DNA of 42,024 nt, taken from assembly GCA_036479435.1 (NCBI GenBank), contig JAZGFI010000137.1, forward strand, positions 1-42,024, read 5' to 3'. The notes under the pieces were generated by a model. That model was not told where the DNA came from, did not search any database, and was given only the letters and a program-made list of their open reading frames with translations. Each line of letters opens with the position of its first letter. Positions within the stretch are counted from its first letter, which is position 1. The translations under genes and the position numbers were made by a program. The DNA comes from Planctomycetota bacterium (lineage in GTDB: Bacteria; Planctomycetota; GCA-002687715; DRQF01). Below are positions 28,719-37,013 of this stretch, piece after piece.

Positions 28719-29554
28719 AGTTTGCCTTTCAACAGGGCGCCGCGAACGCTCGTGTGTCGCCGACGCCAGATGACGTCACACAACAACAGAGCAATAGCGG
28801 CACCGATCACGCCGAGAATCAGAAACTCAACGCGGGGGCCGGGTTCCGGCTCTCCGCCCTTCTCCGCCGTGTTCTTCAGGTAGGCGAGTAGAGGGAGAAT
28901 CTCTTCTTTGTCGATGGGGGCGTCGCGATAAACGGGCGCCATGGTTTCGGTGGCCGGACTGGCGAGCCAAGCGCTGAAGGCCTTGCGGCCATTGGAGCGC
29001 GCGTAGGCGTGCGACAGGTCGGGGCCCAAAAGGCCGCCGCCGAGCCCAGAAAGTCCGTTGATTGAATGGCAGGAAGTACAAGCGGGACCGCCGTTGGCCA
29101 AACGCTTCGTGCCCGTAAACAGGGCGCGGCCGACTTCGATGTCTTCGGCGGTAAGAGCGCGGTCCGAAATGTCGAGACCTGCGAACTGCGAGCGCGTCAA
29201 CTTGGATTCCGCCGCGATGAAGTCGAGCAAGCGCCGCGCTCGGTCGCGCGTCATGCCCGCGACCTTGGGCATCGGCACGTTGTTGTGCAGGGCCAAGATC
29301 TTTTTGGCGTAGGCATCGCCACTCGCGAGCATGGACGGCGGATCGACGATGAATCGGATCAGCCAGTCGCGATCTTTGCGCTCTTCCACGTTCTTAAGGT
29401 CAGGCCCCGTTAAAAGCCCGCCGCCAATCGTGTGGCAGCTGTAACAGTTTTGCCCAAAGTACTCGGAGGTCTCTTGCGCCGAAGCGCTACTAAGCCCCAA
29501 GAGGCCGAAACCGACCAAGCCGAAAATCAAGCGGCCTAAGACAGATGCTTTCAT
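28715..29554 (-). CDS. narC: NarC-type diheme periplasmic cytochrome c with C-terminal membrane anchor
   Basis: Signal peptide, [32 protein letters not shown] and a C-terminal TM helix. Overlaps narG by 4 bp, the same order as Thermus narCGHJI. Confidence 0.85.
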   Translation of the reverse strand: MKASVLGRLIFGLVGFGLLGLSSASAQETSEYFGQNCYSCHTIGGGLLTGPDLKNVEERKDRDWLIRFIVDPPSMLASGDAYAKKILALHNNVPMPKVAGMTRDRARRLLDFIAAESKLTRSQFAGLDISDRALTAEDIEVGRALFTGTKRLANGGPACTSCHSINGLSGLGGGLLGPDLSHAYARSNGRKAFSAWLASPATETMAPVYRDAPIDKEEILPLLAYLKNTAEKGGEPEPGPRVEFLILGVIGAAIALLLCDVIWRRRHTSVRGALLKGKL

Positions 29555-29593
29555 GACGTCCCTCGCAAATCGTGCGGATAGCGTCAGTCAGAA

Positions 29594-29609
29594 AGCAGAT
29601 CCCGTACCG
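29594..29609 (-). promoter_or_regulatory. Sigma54 (-24/-12) promoter of the nar-act-nor operon
   Basis: The minus strand reads CGGTACG-GGAT-CTGCT (GG-N10-GC; consensus TGGCACG-N4-TTGCW), about 40 bp upstream of the narC ATG, which has a GAGGG SD. Confidence 0.72.
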
Positions 29610-29635
29610 GCTTTGGGTAAGATCCCGAAATACCC

Positions 29636-29662
29636 TAAATCTATTGCTTCAAAAGGCTTACA
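29636..29662. promoter_or_regulatory. AT-rich IHF-like bending site upstream of the sigma54 promoter
   Basis: TAAATCTATTGCTTCAAAAGGCTTAC partially matches YAA-N4-TTGATW and sits where IHF sites usually lie, between enhancer and -24 element. Confidence 0.35.
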
Positions 29663-29980
29663 CATCGCCCAAAGCAACCAGAATTCGCGGCAAGGGGCTT
29701 AGGCGCATCCTGCAGGAAGCACCCGAAAAGCCCAACCTACCCTAAGCATCAACGGTCAAATGAGTTGCGCGCTGCATTCCGCAGCATGCACCGAGGCCCC
29801 AGATGATGCGGTGAAGTCGTCATCCCAGCCGAAATCCAACGTCACCTCAAAGAGCTTCTCGGTCTCTTTGGTGAGCCATTGACGCCCGGAACCGCCAAGG
29901 GAACTGAGATTCGGCGCGTCATCGACTCTTGGTTACTATTGAAGATTGCTACTTGTTCGCACTAATGTCAGAGTGAAGGC

Positions 29981-30388
29981 ATGACTCAACCCACAAGTCG
30001 ACGAGCACCAACTCTCAGCATCTCGCTGACCCCCAAGTTAGCCGCGGTGGTTGCAAATCGCGTCGAAAGTGGCCTGTACGCCTCCGCAAGCGAGCTGTTC
30101 CGCGAGGCACTACGCCTCCTGTTGAAGGTCGAGAATGCTGAGGCTTCTCAACTGCACCAACGAGGGCAGACTTCGCCGCTATCTGCGTCACGCTTCAAGT
30201 CAGCCTCAGAGCTGCAAGATCTCGGCCTTTCCATGCGAGTTGAGCGTGTACGCCGGATGCACCCCGGTCTCTCGGATGACGAAGTCCTTCGCCGCCTCGA
30301 GGAACTTGCAAACGAAGAAGAGACTGGGGCTGGCCTCCAAGTCTCCGCAGCTCGATTGGCAAAATTGAAACTCGATGAACCAGGCTAG
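29981..30388 (+). CDS. Putative antitoxin: ParD/CC2985-like ribbon-helix-helix domain fused to a small helical domain
   Basis: N-terminal LSISLTP.L...V...V.SGLY.SASE.FREALRLL; C-terminal LQDLGLSMR..R.RR.HP.LSD.EV.RRL; overlaps the downstream nucleotidyltransferase gene. Confidence 0.75.
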   Translation: MTQPTSRRAPTLSISLTPKLAAVVANRVESGLYASASELFREALRLLLKVENAEASQLHQRGQTSPLSASRFKSASELQDLGLSMRVERVRRMHPGLSDDEVLRRLEELANEEETGAGLQVSAARLAKLKLDEPG

Positions 30389-30962
30389 ACGGACCTCGGA
30401 ACTCTTCAAACTCATACGGTCGCTCGGCTATGAGAGCGCTCTGGTTGGCGGTCTTGCGGTCTCAATGCGCAGCCGAGAGCGTTTTACAAAAGACATCGAT
30501 TTCGCGGTAGCCGTGAATTCGGACGCCGATGCAGAGAATCTCACCTTTGCCATGCAGCAGCATAGATTCGAACTCATGCAGGTGGTTGAGCAGAAATCGA
30601 AGGGAATCATGAGCACCGTACGGTTCCGACACCCCGAAGATAAGATTGATGAACCGTCAGTGGACCTCTTGGTGGGCTCATCCGGCATTGAGCGTGAGAT
30701 CGTGGCCGAAGCCGAGTCACTCGAGTTGGTGCAAGGCTACTCGGCCCCCGTAGCTCGTCTTCCCCACCTTGTTGCGATGAAGACACTTTCAGAGCAGGAA
30801 AGTCGCGTTCATGATCGCTTTGACCTCATGGCTTTGCTTAAGGTTGCAACAGGTGCAGAGATCGAGGAGTCGAATCATCTCGTGAACCTGATCGAGGAGC
30901 GAGGATTCAATCGCGGCAAGGACCTGAAGGCCGAACTCAAACGCTTCATAGATCTGGCGTGA
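30375..30962 (+). CDS. AbiEii/DUF1814-like nucleotidyltransferase (putative toxin)
   Basis: ALVGGLAVS.....R.TKDIDFAV (GG and DxD motifs), VDLL, LVAMK..S....R..D..DL..L. Confidence 0.8.
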   Translation: MNQARRTSELFKLIRSLGYESALVGGLAVSMRSRERFTKDIDFAVAVNSDADAENLTFAMQQHRFELMQVVEQKSKGIMSTVRFRHPEDKIDEPSVDLLVGSSGIEREIVAEAESLELVQGYSAPVARLPHLVAMKTLSEQESRVHDRFDLMALLKVATGAEIEESNHLVNLIEERGFNRGKDLKAELKRFIDLA

Positions 30963-31054
30963 AATGGTTCGGCCAAACTGACGACCCTTCATCGCTGCAC
31001 AGCAAGCACATCCATCAAAAGAGCAAGCCATCGCCGTCTATCGCATTTCGAGGA

Positions 31055-32446
31055 TCACTCAGAAACGAAGCGCGCTCGATCGATCTGGAGGGAGCGGATG
31101 ATCTTTTGCAGGGCGGCGCGGGTGAGGCCGCAGGCATCGGCGGCGTGAGAGATGTTGCCCTTGTTGACGCTGAGGGCATCTTCGACAAAGCGGCGTTGGA
31201 AACTCGCGATGGCGCGCTTTTTGCCCGCGTCGTAGCTGAGTTTCGAAGAATCAGAGGGCTTCAGATCCAGGTGGTGGGCGTCGAGTTCGTCGCCGCGACT
31301 GGCGACGAGCGCGCGGATCACGACGGCCTCGAGTTCGCGGACGTTACCCGGCCATGGTTGCTCGCGAAGTAAGCGATCGGCATCAGCCGTGATGACGGGA
31401 GGCTTCGCTCCAACACCTCGACAATCTGCCGTTGATCGTTCCACGATAGACCGGGCGATCGCGCTGATGTCCCCGGGGCGTTCGCGAAGCGGCGGAATCT
31501 CGACGTGGAGGATGCGGAGGCGATACAAAAGATCGTCCCGGAATTTTCCGTCTCGGACCTGCTTCTCCAGATTTCGGTTGGTGGCCGCAAGTAATCGAAA
31601 CTCAACCGGCACATCTTTGTCCGCGCCGAGTGGTCGTACGGCCTGGTTTTGCAACACGCGCAAAAGCTTGCCCTGGAAGGCTGGCGACATCGAAGCGATC
31701 TCGTCCAAGAACACGGTTCCCCCCTGGGCACTCGCGAAAAGCCCCACGCGGTCGCGCTCAGCCCCCGTGAAAGCACCGGAGCGATGCCCAAACAGTTCCG
31801 ACTCCAAGAGCGTGTCGGGCAGCGCCGCACAGTTGACAGCGAGGAAAGGTCTTGCCGCCAGACCGCTTCGACGGTGAATCTCGCGAGCGACGAGCTCTTT
31901 CCCGGTACCGGTTTCGCCTTCGATGAGAACGGGAAGCTTCGTCGAGGCGACCTGATCGATGTGCGCCATGACCGCGACCATCTTCGCATCGGCCACAACG
32001 AAAGACGTTTGACGCTCGGGCCTAGATTCGGCGTTGGCCCTAATGCGCCGTCCCATCGACAGCAGCACTCGCAGAACCTGACGATTGTCGAAAGGCTTCG
32101 CGACGAAATGAGCTGCGCCGGCGGCCATGCACGAGACGGCAAGTTCAATCGTGCCGAAACCGGTCATCATTAGCACTTCTGTTTTCGGGCTTTCCTTACG
32201 GACGGCATCCAGCAGTTCGATTCCGGAAACATGAGGCATCCGAATGTCCGAAACGACGATGTCGATCCCGCCGTCGCGGACAATGCTGAGAGCACGAGCC
32301 CCATCGGGCGCCGTGAGGACTTCGGCCTGGAGCGAACCGATGAGTTTTTGGAGGCCGCGACGCACGTCGTCTTCGTCGTCCACAACCAAGATCGTGAAGC
32401 CCTCTAGATTTGCTTCTTTCGCTGGTTCGGCGTCAGCTGACGTCAT
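31055..32446 (-). CDS. Sigma54-dependent NtrC-family response regulator
   Basis: Receiver domain (VVDDE, DIRMP, TG, KPF), AAA+ domain (GETGTGKE, ESELFGH..GAFTGA, FLDEI, WPGNVREL) and Fis-type HTH (GNISHAA..CGL.R). Confidence 0.96.
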   Translation of the reverse strand: MTSADAEPAKEANLEGFTILVVDDEDDVRRGLQKLIGSLQAEVLTAPDGARALSIVRDGGIDIVVSDIRMPHVSGIELLDAVRKESPKTEVLMMTGFGTIELAVSCMAAGAAHFVAKPFDNRQVLRVLLSMGRRIRANAESRPERQTSFVVADAKMVAVMAHIDQVASTKLPVLIEGETGTGKELVAREIHRRSGLAARPFLAVNCAALPDTLLESELFGHRSGAFTGAERDRVGLFASAQGGTVFLDEIASMSPAFQGKLLRVLQNQAVRPLGADKDVPVEFRLLAATNRNLEKQVRDGKFRDDLLYRLRILHVEIPPLRERPGDISAIARSIVERSTADCRGVGAKPPVITADADRLLREQPWPGNVRELEAVVIRALVASRGDELDAHHLDLKPSDSSKLSYDAGKKRAIASFQRRFVEDALSVNKGNISHAADACGLTRAALQKIIRSLQIDRARFVSE

Positions 32447-34620
32447 GCAGTTCCTTCTTTGTCTTCAGAGCCCGCGAGGTCAGCAGCCGTCGCTGCCGAC
32501 AGCGGCAGGCTGAATCGAAATGTCGTGCCCTTTGCGGAGGAATCTTCGAGCGCGAACTGCCCGCCATGGGATTCGACGGTGCGGCGCGCCGTGGGAAGAC
32601 CGAGCCCAGTTCCCTCGCCAGCGGCTTTCGTCGTAAAAAACGGTTCGAAAATCCGCTCGCGGTCGGCGTCCGGAATCCCGGAGCCCTCGTCCACGATCCT
32701 AACGATGACTTGCTCGCCCTTCACTGAAACTTTGATCGCGACCGAGCCACCCGGCGAAGTCGCCTGAATGCCGTTCATGGCCAAGTTCATGAGCGCTTGA
32801 CGCAACTTGGTTTCGTCGCCCACGACAAGTGCCTCGACGCTGTCATCAAGCTCGGGCCGCAACGTGACCCCAGAGACTTTCGCCAAAGGCGCAAGGAAAC
32901 GGGCGGCATCCTGAGCGATATCCCGAAAATCGACTTCGACGACTTCCGAAGCTCCGCCGCGAACGTTTTCAAGCAAGTCACGGATCGCGCGCGAACAAGC
33001 CGCCGTGTTCCGCTCGATAACGTCAACGTGCTCATGAAAAGCGGACTCCGGTGGGAGTTCATCAGACATCATCTGGGCGTACATCGAGATCGAGGCCAAG
33101 GGATTGTTGATCTCATGCGCGACCACGGCCGCCAACTCACCGGCCATCGACATGCGCTCGTGGAAGGCCTGGCGCTCGGCCATCTCAAGCCGTTCGGTGA
33201 TGTCGCGGCTGACCAACAAGCGGCCGCCAATCACGCCACCGGCGCGGAGGTCACTCGCCTGCACTTCAAAGACTCGACCATCGATCTCGACTTCGCAAGC
33301 GCTGGCTCCGTTGCTCGTCGATCTGAGGCAATCAGAACAATGTAGTTCTTTGCACAAGGCCATTCCGTGTCGAGGGCTGCTTTCAGCGAGAAGTTTCTTC
33401 AGGGGCTGCGCGGCAGCATTCGCCAAAAGGACTTCACCCTCTGGCGACAAAAGACAAAGACCGTCATGCATCGAAGCCACGACGGATGCGAGCTCGTCGC
33501 GCCGCCGTTCCAGCTCGAAAGTGCGGGTCTCTACGGCCGCGGCCATGGCGTTGAAGGCCGTCCCAACCACCCCAATTTCATCATCGGCTTCAATATCCAC
33601 GCGAACGCTGTGATCGCCATTGGCGATCTTTTCAGCCGCCGCCCGCAAATGTCTCAGCGGCAAGACGACCAGTCGAACCGTCGCGAGGATGCTAAAAAAG
33701 CCAACCGCCAAAATGACAAGTGCGGCCCCAAAGTACCGGTTCTCAAGGCTCCGAACCGGCGCCATCGCGGCGGTGGCGTCGACGTCGACTCGCACCTTCC
33801 AGCCCTTGCCGCCGATCTCACCAGCATCAAACTCAAATACGAAACCCCGTGGATCGAGTTCCGCCGCCTGGGTTACGACTCGGAATCCCGCCGCTTCTTC
33901 GACGAGGTCCGCGTTCTCCGCCCCCTCACGAATGAGCCAGGTCGGAAGATGCAGCTCGTTGCCGAATGGGTCGCCAATCACGAGCTCGTGGTTGTTCACC
34001 AATTCCGTTCGTTTGGCAATCCCCGGCACGCCCGCGAGGAAACGGCCGACATGAATACGCAAGACCATGAGGCCTAAGATCCGCGATCTGACAAGGTCGC
34101 GAATGGGCGCACACACCAGGAACGACGGAAAGTCGTTCAGTTGATTCCGATCGGAGAATTTTCCGAAAAAAGTCGCCGTCCAGGTCTCCGATTCTCCAAC
34201 TGGAATCTCAGCGGGCCATGGCCCCCCCGCCGTTGCTGCGACAACCTGCCCCGACATATCCAAAACACTGGCGCTCACCGCTGATTGGACCAGCGGCAGT
34301 TTGTTCGTTCTCAGGTGGCGAGCCAGCTCTTCTCGGAAGTGCGGCGCCGCATCCACGCCGATCTGTTCGAGCCGATTGCGAATGAAACCGTCCGACGCAA
34401 AATCCTCGGCCCTGCGTCCGATCAAATCTCTAGCCGCGCCAATCGCCATCGAGCGGGCCTCGGCTTCCGCCTCGACGCGGAAGGCGATTTGGTCCTCAAG
34501 CGACGTCCGCGCGAATTGCGAGACGAATACTCCGCCAACAACCACGACGATCATGCAGATAAACAGGAACGTCAGCGTCAACTTGTGCTTGATCGGCAAG
34601 CGCGCGAGTACATCCCGCAT
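32443..34620 (-). CDS. Sensor histidine kinase (two TM helices, periplasmic domain, HAMP, Cys-rich PAS, HisKA, HATPase)
   Basis: DEIG....AFN.M (HAMP), AHEINNPL, LRQALMNLAMN, DEGSGI, IFEPFFTTK..GEGTGLGL. GGAGG SD before ATG 34620; overlaps the regulator by 4 bp. Confidence 0.95.
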   Translation of the reverse strand: MRDVLARLPIKHKLTLTFLFICMIVVVVGGVFVSQFARTSLEDQIAFRVEAEAEARSMAIGAARDLIGRRAEDFASDGFIRNRLEQIGVDAAPHFREELARHLRTNKLPLVQSAVSASVLDMSGQVVAATAGGPWPAEIPVGESETWTATFFGKFSDRNQLNDFPSFLVCAPIRDLVRSRILGLMVLRIHVGRFLAGVPGIAKRTELVNNHELVIGDPFGNELHLPTWLIREGAENADLVEEAAGFRVVTQAAELDPRGFVFEFDAGEIGGKGWKVRVDVDATAAMAPVRSLENRYFGAALVILAVGFFSILATVRLVVLPLRHLRAAAEKIANGDHSVRVDIEADDEIGVVGTAFNAMAAAVETRTFELERRRDELASVVASMHDGLCLLSPEGEVLLANAAAQPLKKLLAESSPRHGMALCKELHCSDCLRSTSNGASACEVEIDGRVFEVQASDLRAGGVIGGRLLVSRDITERLEMAERQAFHERMSMAGELAAVVAHEINNPLASISMYAQMMSDELPPESAFHEHVDVIERNTAACSRAIRDLLENVRGGASEVVEVDFRDIAQDAARFLAPLAKVSGVTLRPELDDSVEALVVGDETKLRQALMNLAMNGIQATSPGGSVAIKVSVKGEQVIVRIVDEGSGIPDADRERIFEPFFTTKAAGEGTGLGLPTARRTVESHGGQFALEDSSAKGTTFRFSLPLSAATAADLAGSEDKEGTA

Positions 34621-34661
34621 CAAACGAACACCTCCAGGAAAACCTCCAAACACCCTCTGCC

Positions 34662-34988
34662 CTAACCCTCTGCGGCGTCCAAGATGTCATTGGCCCAGCA
34701 AAAAGTCGCCACCGCCGCGGGCATACCGAGCGTCGACGGGACCATCGAGACCACTTGTTCAATCTCTGCCCGTGTCACTCCCAATTTCAGTGACTTGCGA
34801 ACACCCGCATGCACTTGCCCTTCTCGTAAGGCTCCCATCGCCATGCCGAGCTTCACCAAGCGCACGGTCTTGGCGTCGAGCGGCCCGTCGCCACCCGCTT
34901 GATGAATGAGATCCCAGGCCTCGCTTAAGGTCGGGAAGCGCTCAACAAAGCGCGTGTAACCGGCCGGAGGTCCATTTTCGGTCGTCAT
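34662..34988 (-). CDS. Carboxymuconolactone decarboxylase (AhpD-like) family protein lacking CxxC
   Basis: Y..F..RFP....AW, GPLDAKT.RLVKLG.A.G...EG.VH...RK....GV...EI..V......LG.PA; GAGG SD. Confidence 0.85.
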   Translation of the reverse strand: MTTENGPPAGYTRFVERFPTLSEAWDLIHQAGGDGPLDAKTVRLVKLGMAMGALREGQVHAGVRKSLKLGVTRAEIEQVVSMVPSTLGMPAAVATFCWANDILDAAEG

Positions 34989-35314
34989 TTGTCATCCTCA
35001 CTGTGACGTTGCGAGTTCGGCCAGGGCACTCCCGACCGCCAATCAATCCTTCGCAAATTCAAGTCCTGACGCAACGAAACGAGCCGCTGAACTGGGACAG
35101 TTCTTGCGCTTTCGCTAGGCGTGGCGCTGCCCAAACGCAGGGGATGACAAATTGCCGCAGGCGAACATTGGCCAGCACACAGCACTTTTCTCTCGCCTTG
35201 GCGCCAATAGAACTGGGATCGCCCAAGTCTTACGGGCTGCGCATCCACCAGCGGCAGGGCTCCCGGCGCTGGCGTCTCCAGTTCCCGCAAAGAGGATGGG
35301 ATTTCGGAACTCAG

Positions 35315-36156
35315 CTATCCCCGTAGGCCGGAGAAATACGCGCGACTAAGGTGGTGTTGAGGTGCGTCGAAAACAGAATCACAGGGGCCGGACTCGATAA
35401 GACTCCCCTTTCCGTCCACTACCCAAAACACCGCCAGATCGTCGGCGAGACGTCGAGCCTGGGCGAGATTGTGCGTGACGATCACGATCGTGTAGCGGCC
35501 GCGAAGCTCGGCGATAAGATCCTCGATCACCGCGCCCGACATCGGGTCAAGAGAGCTGCAAGGCTCGTCGAGAAGCAAGATCTCTGGTTCAAGAACCAGA
35601 GCGCGGGCCAGGCAGAGACGTTGCTGTTGACCGCCAGAAAGATCTTGCGCTGGCGCATCAAGGCGGTCTTTGACTTCGTCCCACAGTCCGACGGCGCACA
35701 GAGCTTTTTCGCTGGCCTCCGCGATGGCGTGTCGGTCCTTGCCGCCACGTTCGATCTGAGCCATCGCCAAGTTCTTTCGAATCGAAAATGGAAACGGCAG
35801 GGGTTGCTGGAAGATCATCCCGATCCTCCGTCGCAGCTGAACCACGTCTACGTTGCTGCCCAAGACCTCTTGGCCGTGAACCGAACGCTGCCGCTGACCT
35901 TGCAGGACGGAACAAGATCCGACAGACGATTCAGGGCCATCAGGAAACTTGACTTTCCGCATCCAGACGGCCCGACAAAGGCGGTCACGAGTCCCGGCCT
36001 AATCCTCATGTCGATCTGAGTGAAGGCGGCCTTTCGCCCGTAGTGAAGCTCGAGGTTTTCAATTTCCAAAATCGACTCAGGGGTGGCTGGCACCCCCCCT
36101 GCCGCAGGCGCTTTGAGCTTCGGCATCGTTGACCTTGGTTCGGATCCTAAACTCAT
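35315..36156 (-). pseudogene. pstB: Phosphate ABC transporter ATP-binding subunit split by a single-base frameshift near 35879
   Basis: The 5' frame carries GPSGCGKS..L..LNRL.DL. The 3' frame carries LRRRIGMIFQQP.PFP.SI..N, LW.EVKDRL, LSGGQQQRLCLARAL, LLLDEP.S.LDP and VTHNL.QA.R. The junction reads CGG TTC ACG where CGG TTx CAC GGC is expected. Confidence 0.85.
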
Positions 36157-37013
36157 GAACTCACCACTCCTCGTCCAAGTCCATGTTTACCGAGAAAAAA
36201 CGCCAGACCATTCATGGCCAGCAGCATCAACAAAAGGACCAGGGCCGACGCCGCCGCGTTTTCAGAACCACCGGGCACGTTCATCGTGAGATCGTAGATG
36301 TGGACGGAAAGAGCGCGCCCCGAATCCAAAAGAGACTCGGGCAAGCGATCGACGTAGCCACTCGTGAAAATTAAAGCCGCGGTCTCCGCCGTGGCGCGGG
36401 CCAATCCCAGAACCATCCCCATCGCAACCGCCGGAGCCGCCGCGGGGAAAACCACTCGTCTCAGGGCGCCGACGCGCGTCAGGCCAAGAGCGGCGGCACC
36501 GAGACGATAGTCTACCGGGACGCCGCGCATGCCGACTTCGATGGAACGTACGAGAATTGGCAAAACCATACAGGCCAGAGTCAAGCCACCGGTCAGAATG
36601 GAGAATCCCAAGCCCAGGGTCTTGGCGAAAAAGGCCTGCCCAAAAAGTCCAAAGACGACGGAAGGCACGCCAGCTAAAAGGTCGAGACTACGGCGCACAA
36701 AGCCGTCGAACCAAACGTTTCGGGACTGGAACTCCGCCAACATCAAGGCGGTGGCGACGCCGAGCGGGACGGCGGCGAGTCCGCAGACCATAAGAATTAG
36801 CATGGTCGAGACGATGATCGAAAAAATGCCGCCGGCTCGACCCGCGTCGCTCGGGGATTCGGTCAGAAAACTGAAAGACAGTTTGGAGATTCCAGATTCG
36901 AGCAAACCGCCGACAATCCAGACGAAAACACCGGCAATAAGGAAGGCGCCGAGGTACACGGTGGCCGCGGCCAGCCTTGCCTCAAAGTGCTGTCGCCAAG
37001 TCGACTCAAACAT
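36153..37013 (-). CDS. pstA: Phosphate ABC transporter permease PstA
   Basis: AGGI...I..T, LAGVPSVVFGLFG, GGLTLA.MVLP, VP......AALG, L.LARA..ETA.L.FT. Confidence 0.9.
   Translation of the reverse strand: MFESTWRQHFEARLAAATVYLGAFLIAGVFVWIVGGLLESGISKLSFSFLTESPSDAGRAGGIFSIIVSTMLILMVCGLAAVPLGVATALMLAEFQSRNVWFDGFVRRSLDLLAGVPSVVFGLFGQAFFAKTLGLGFSILTGGLTLACMVLPILVRSIEVGMRGVPVDYRLGAAALGLTRVGALRRVVFPAAAPAVAMGMVLGLARATAETAALIFTSGYVDRLPESLLDSGRALSVHIYDLTMNVPGGSENAAASALVLLLMLLAMNGLAFFLGKHGLGRGVVSS

Noticed and set aside
27765..28883. Long plus-strand ORF (372 aa) and similar antisense ORFs such as 26811-27671, 36529-37338 and 11114-11866
   Set aside because: These are shadow frames opposite well-supported genes, expected in GC-rich DNA, and show no recognisable motifs.
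29555..29980. FNR/Crp box upstream of narC
   Set aside because: No TTGAT-N4-ATCAA match found by eye, only isolated half-sites.
34985..35349. Short ORFs between pstB and the CMD gene
   Set aside because: No recognisable motifs or convincing ribosome-binding sites; more likely an intergenic regulatory region.
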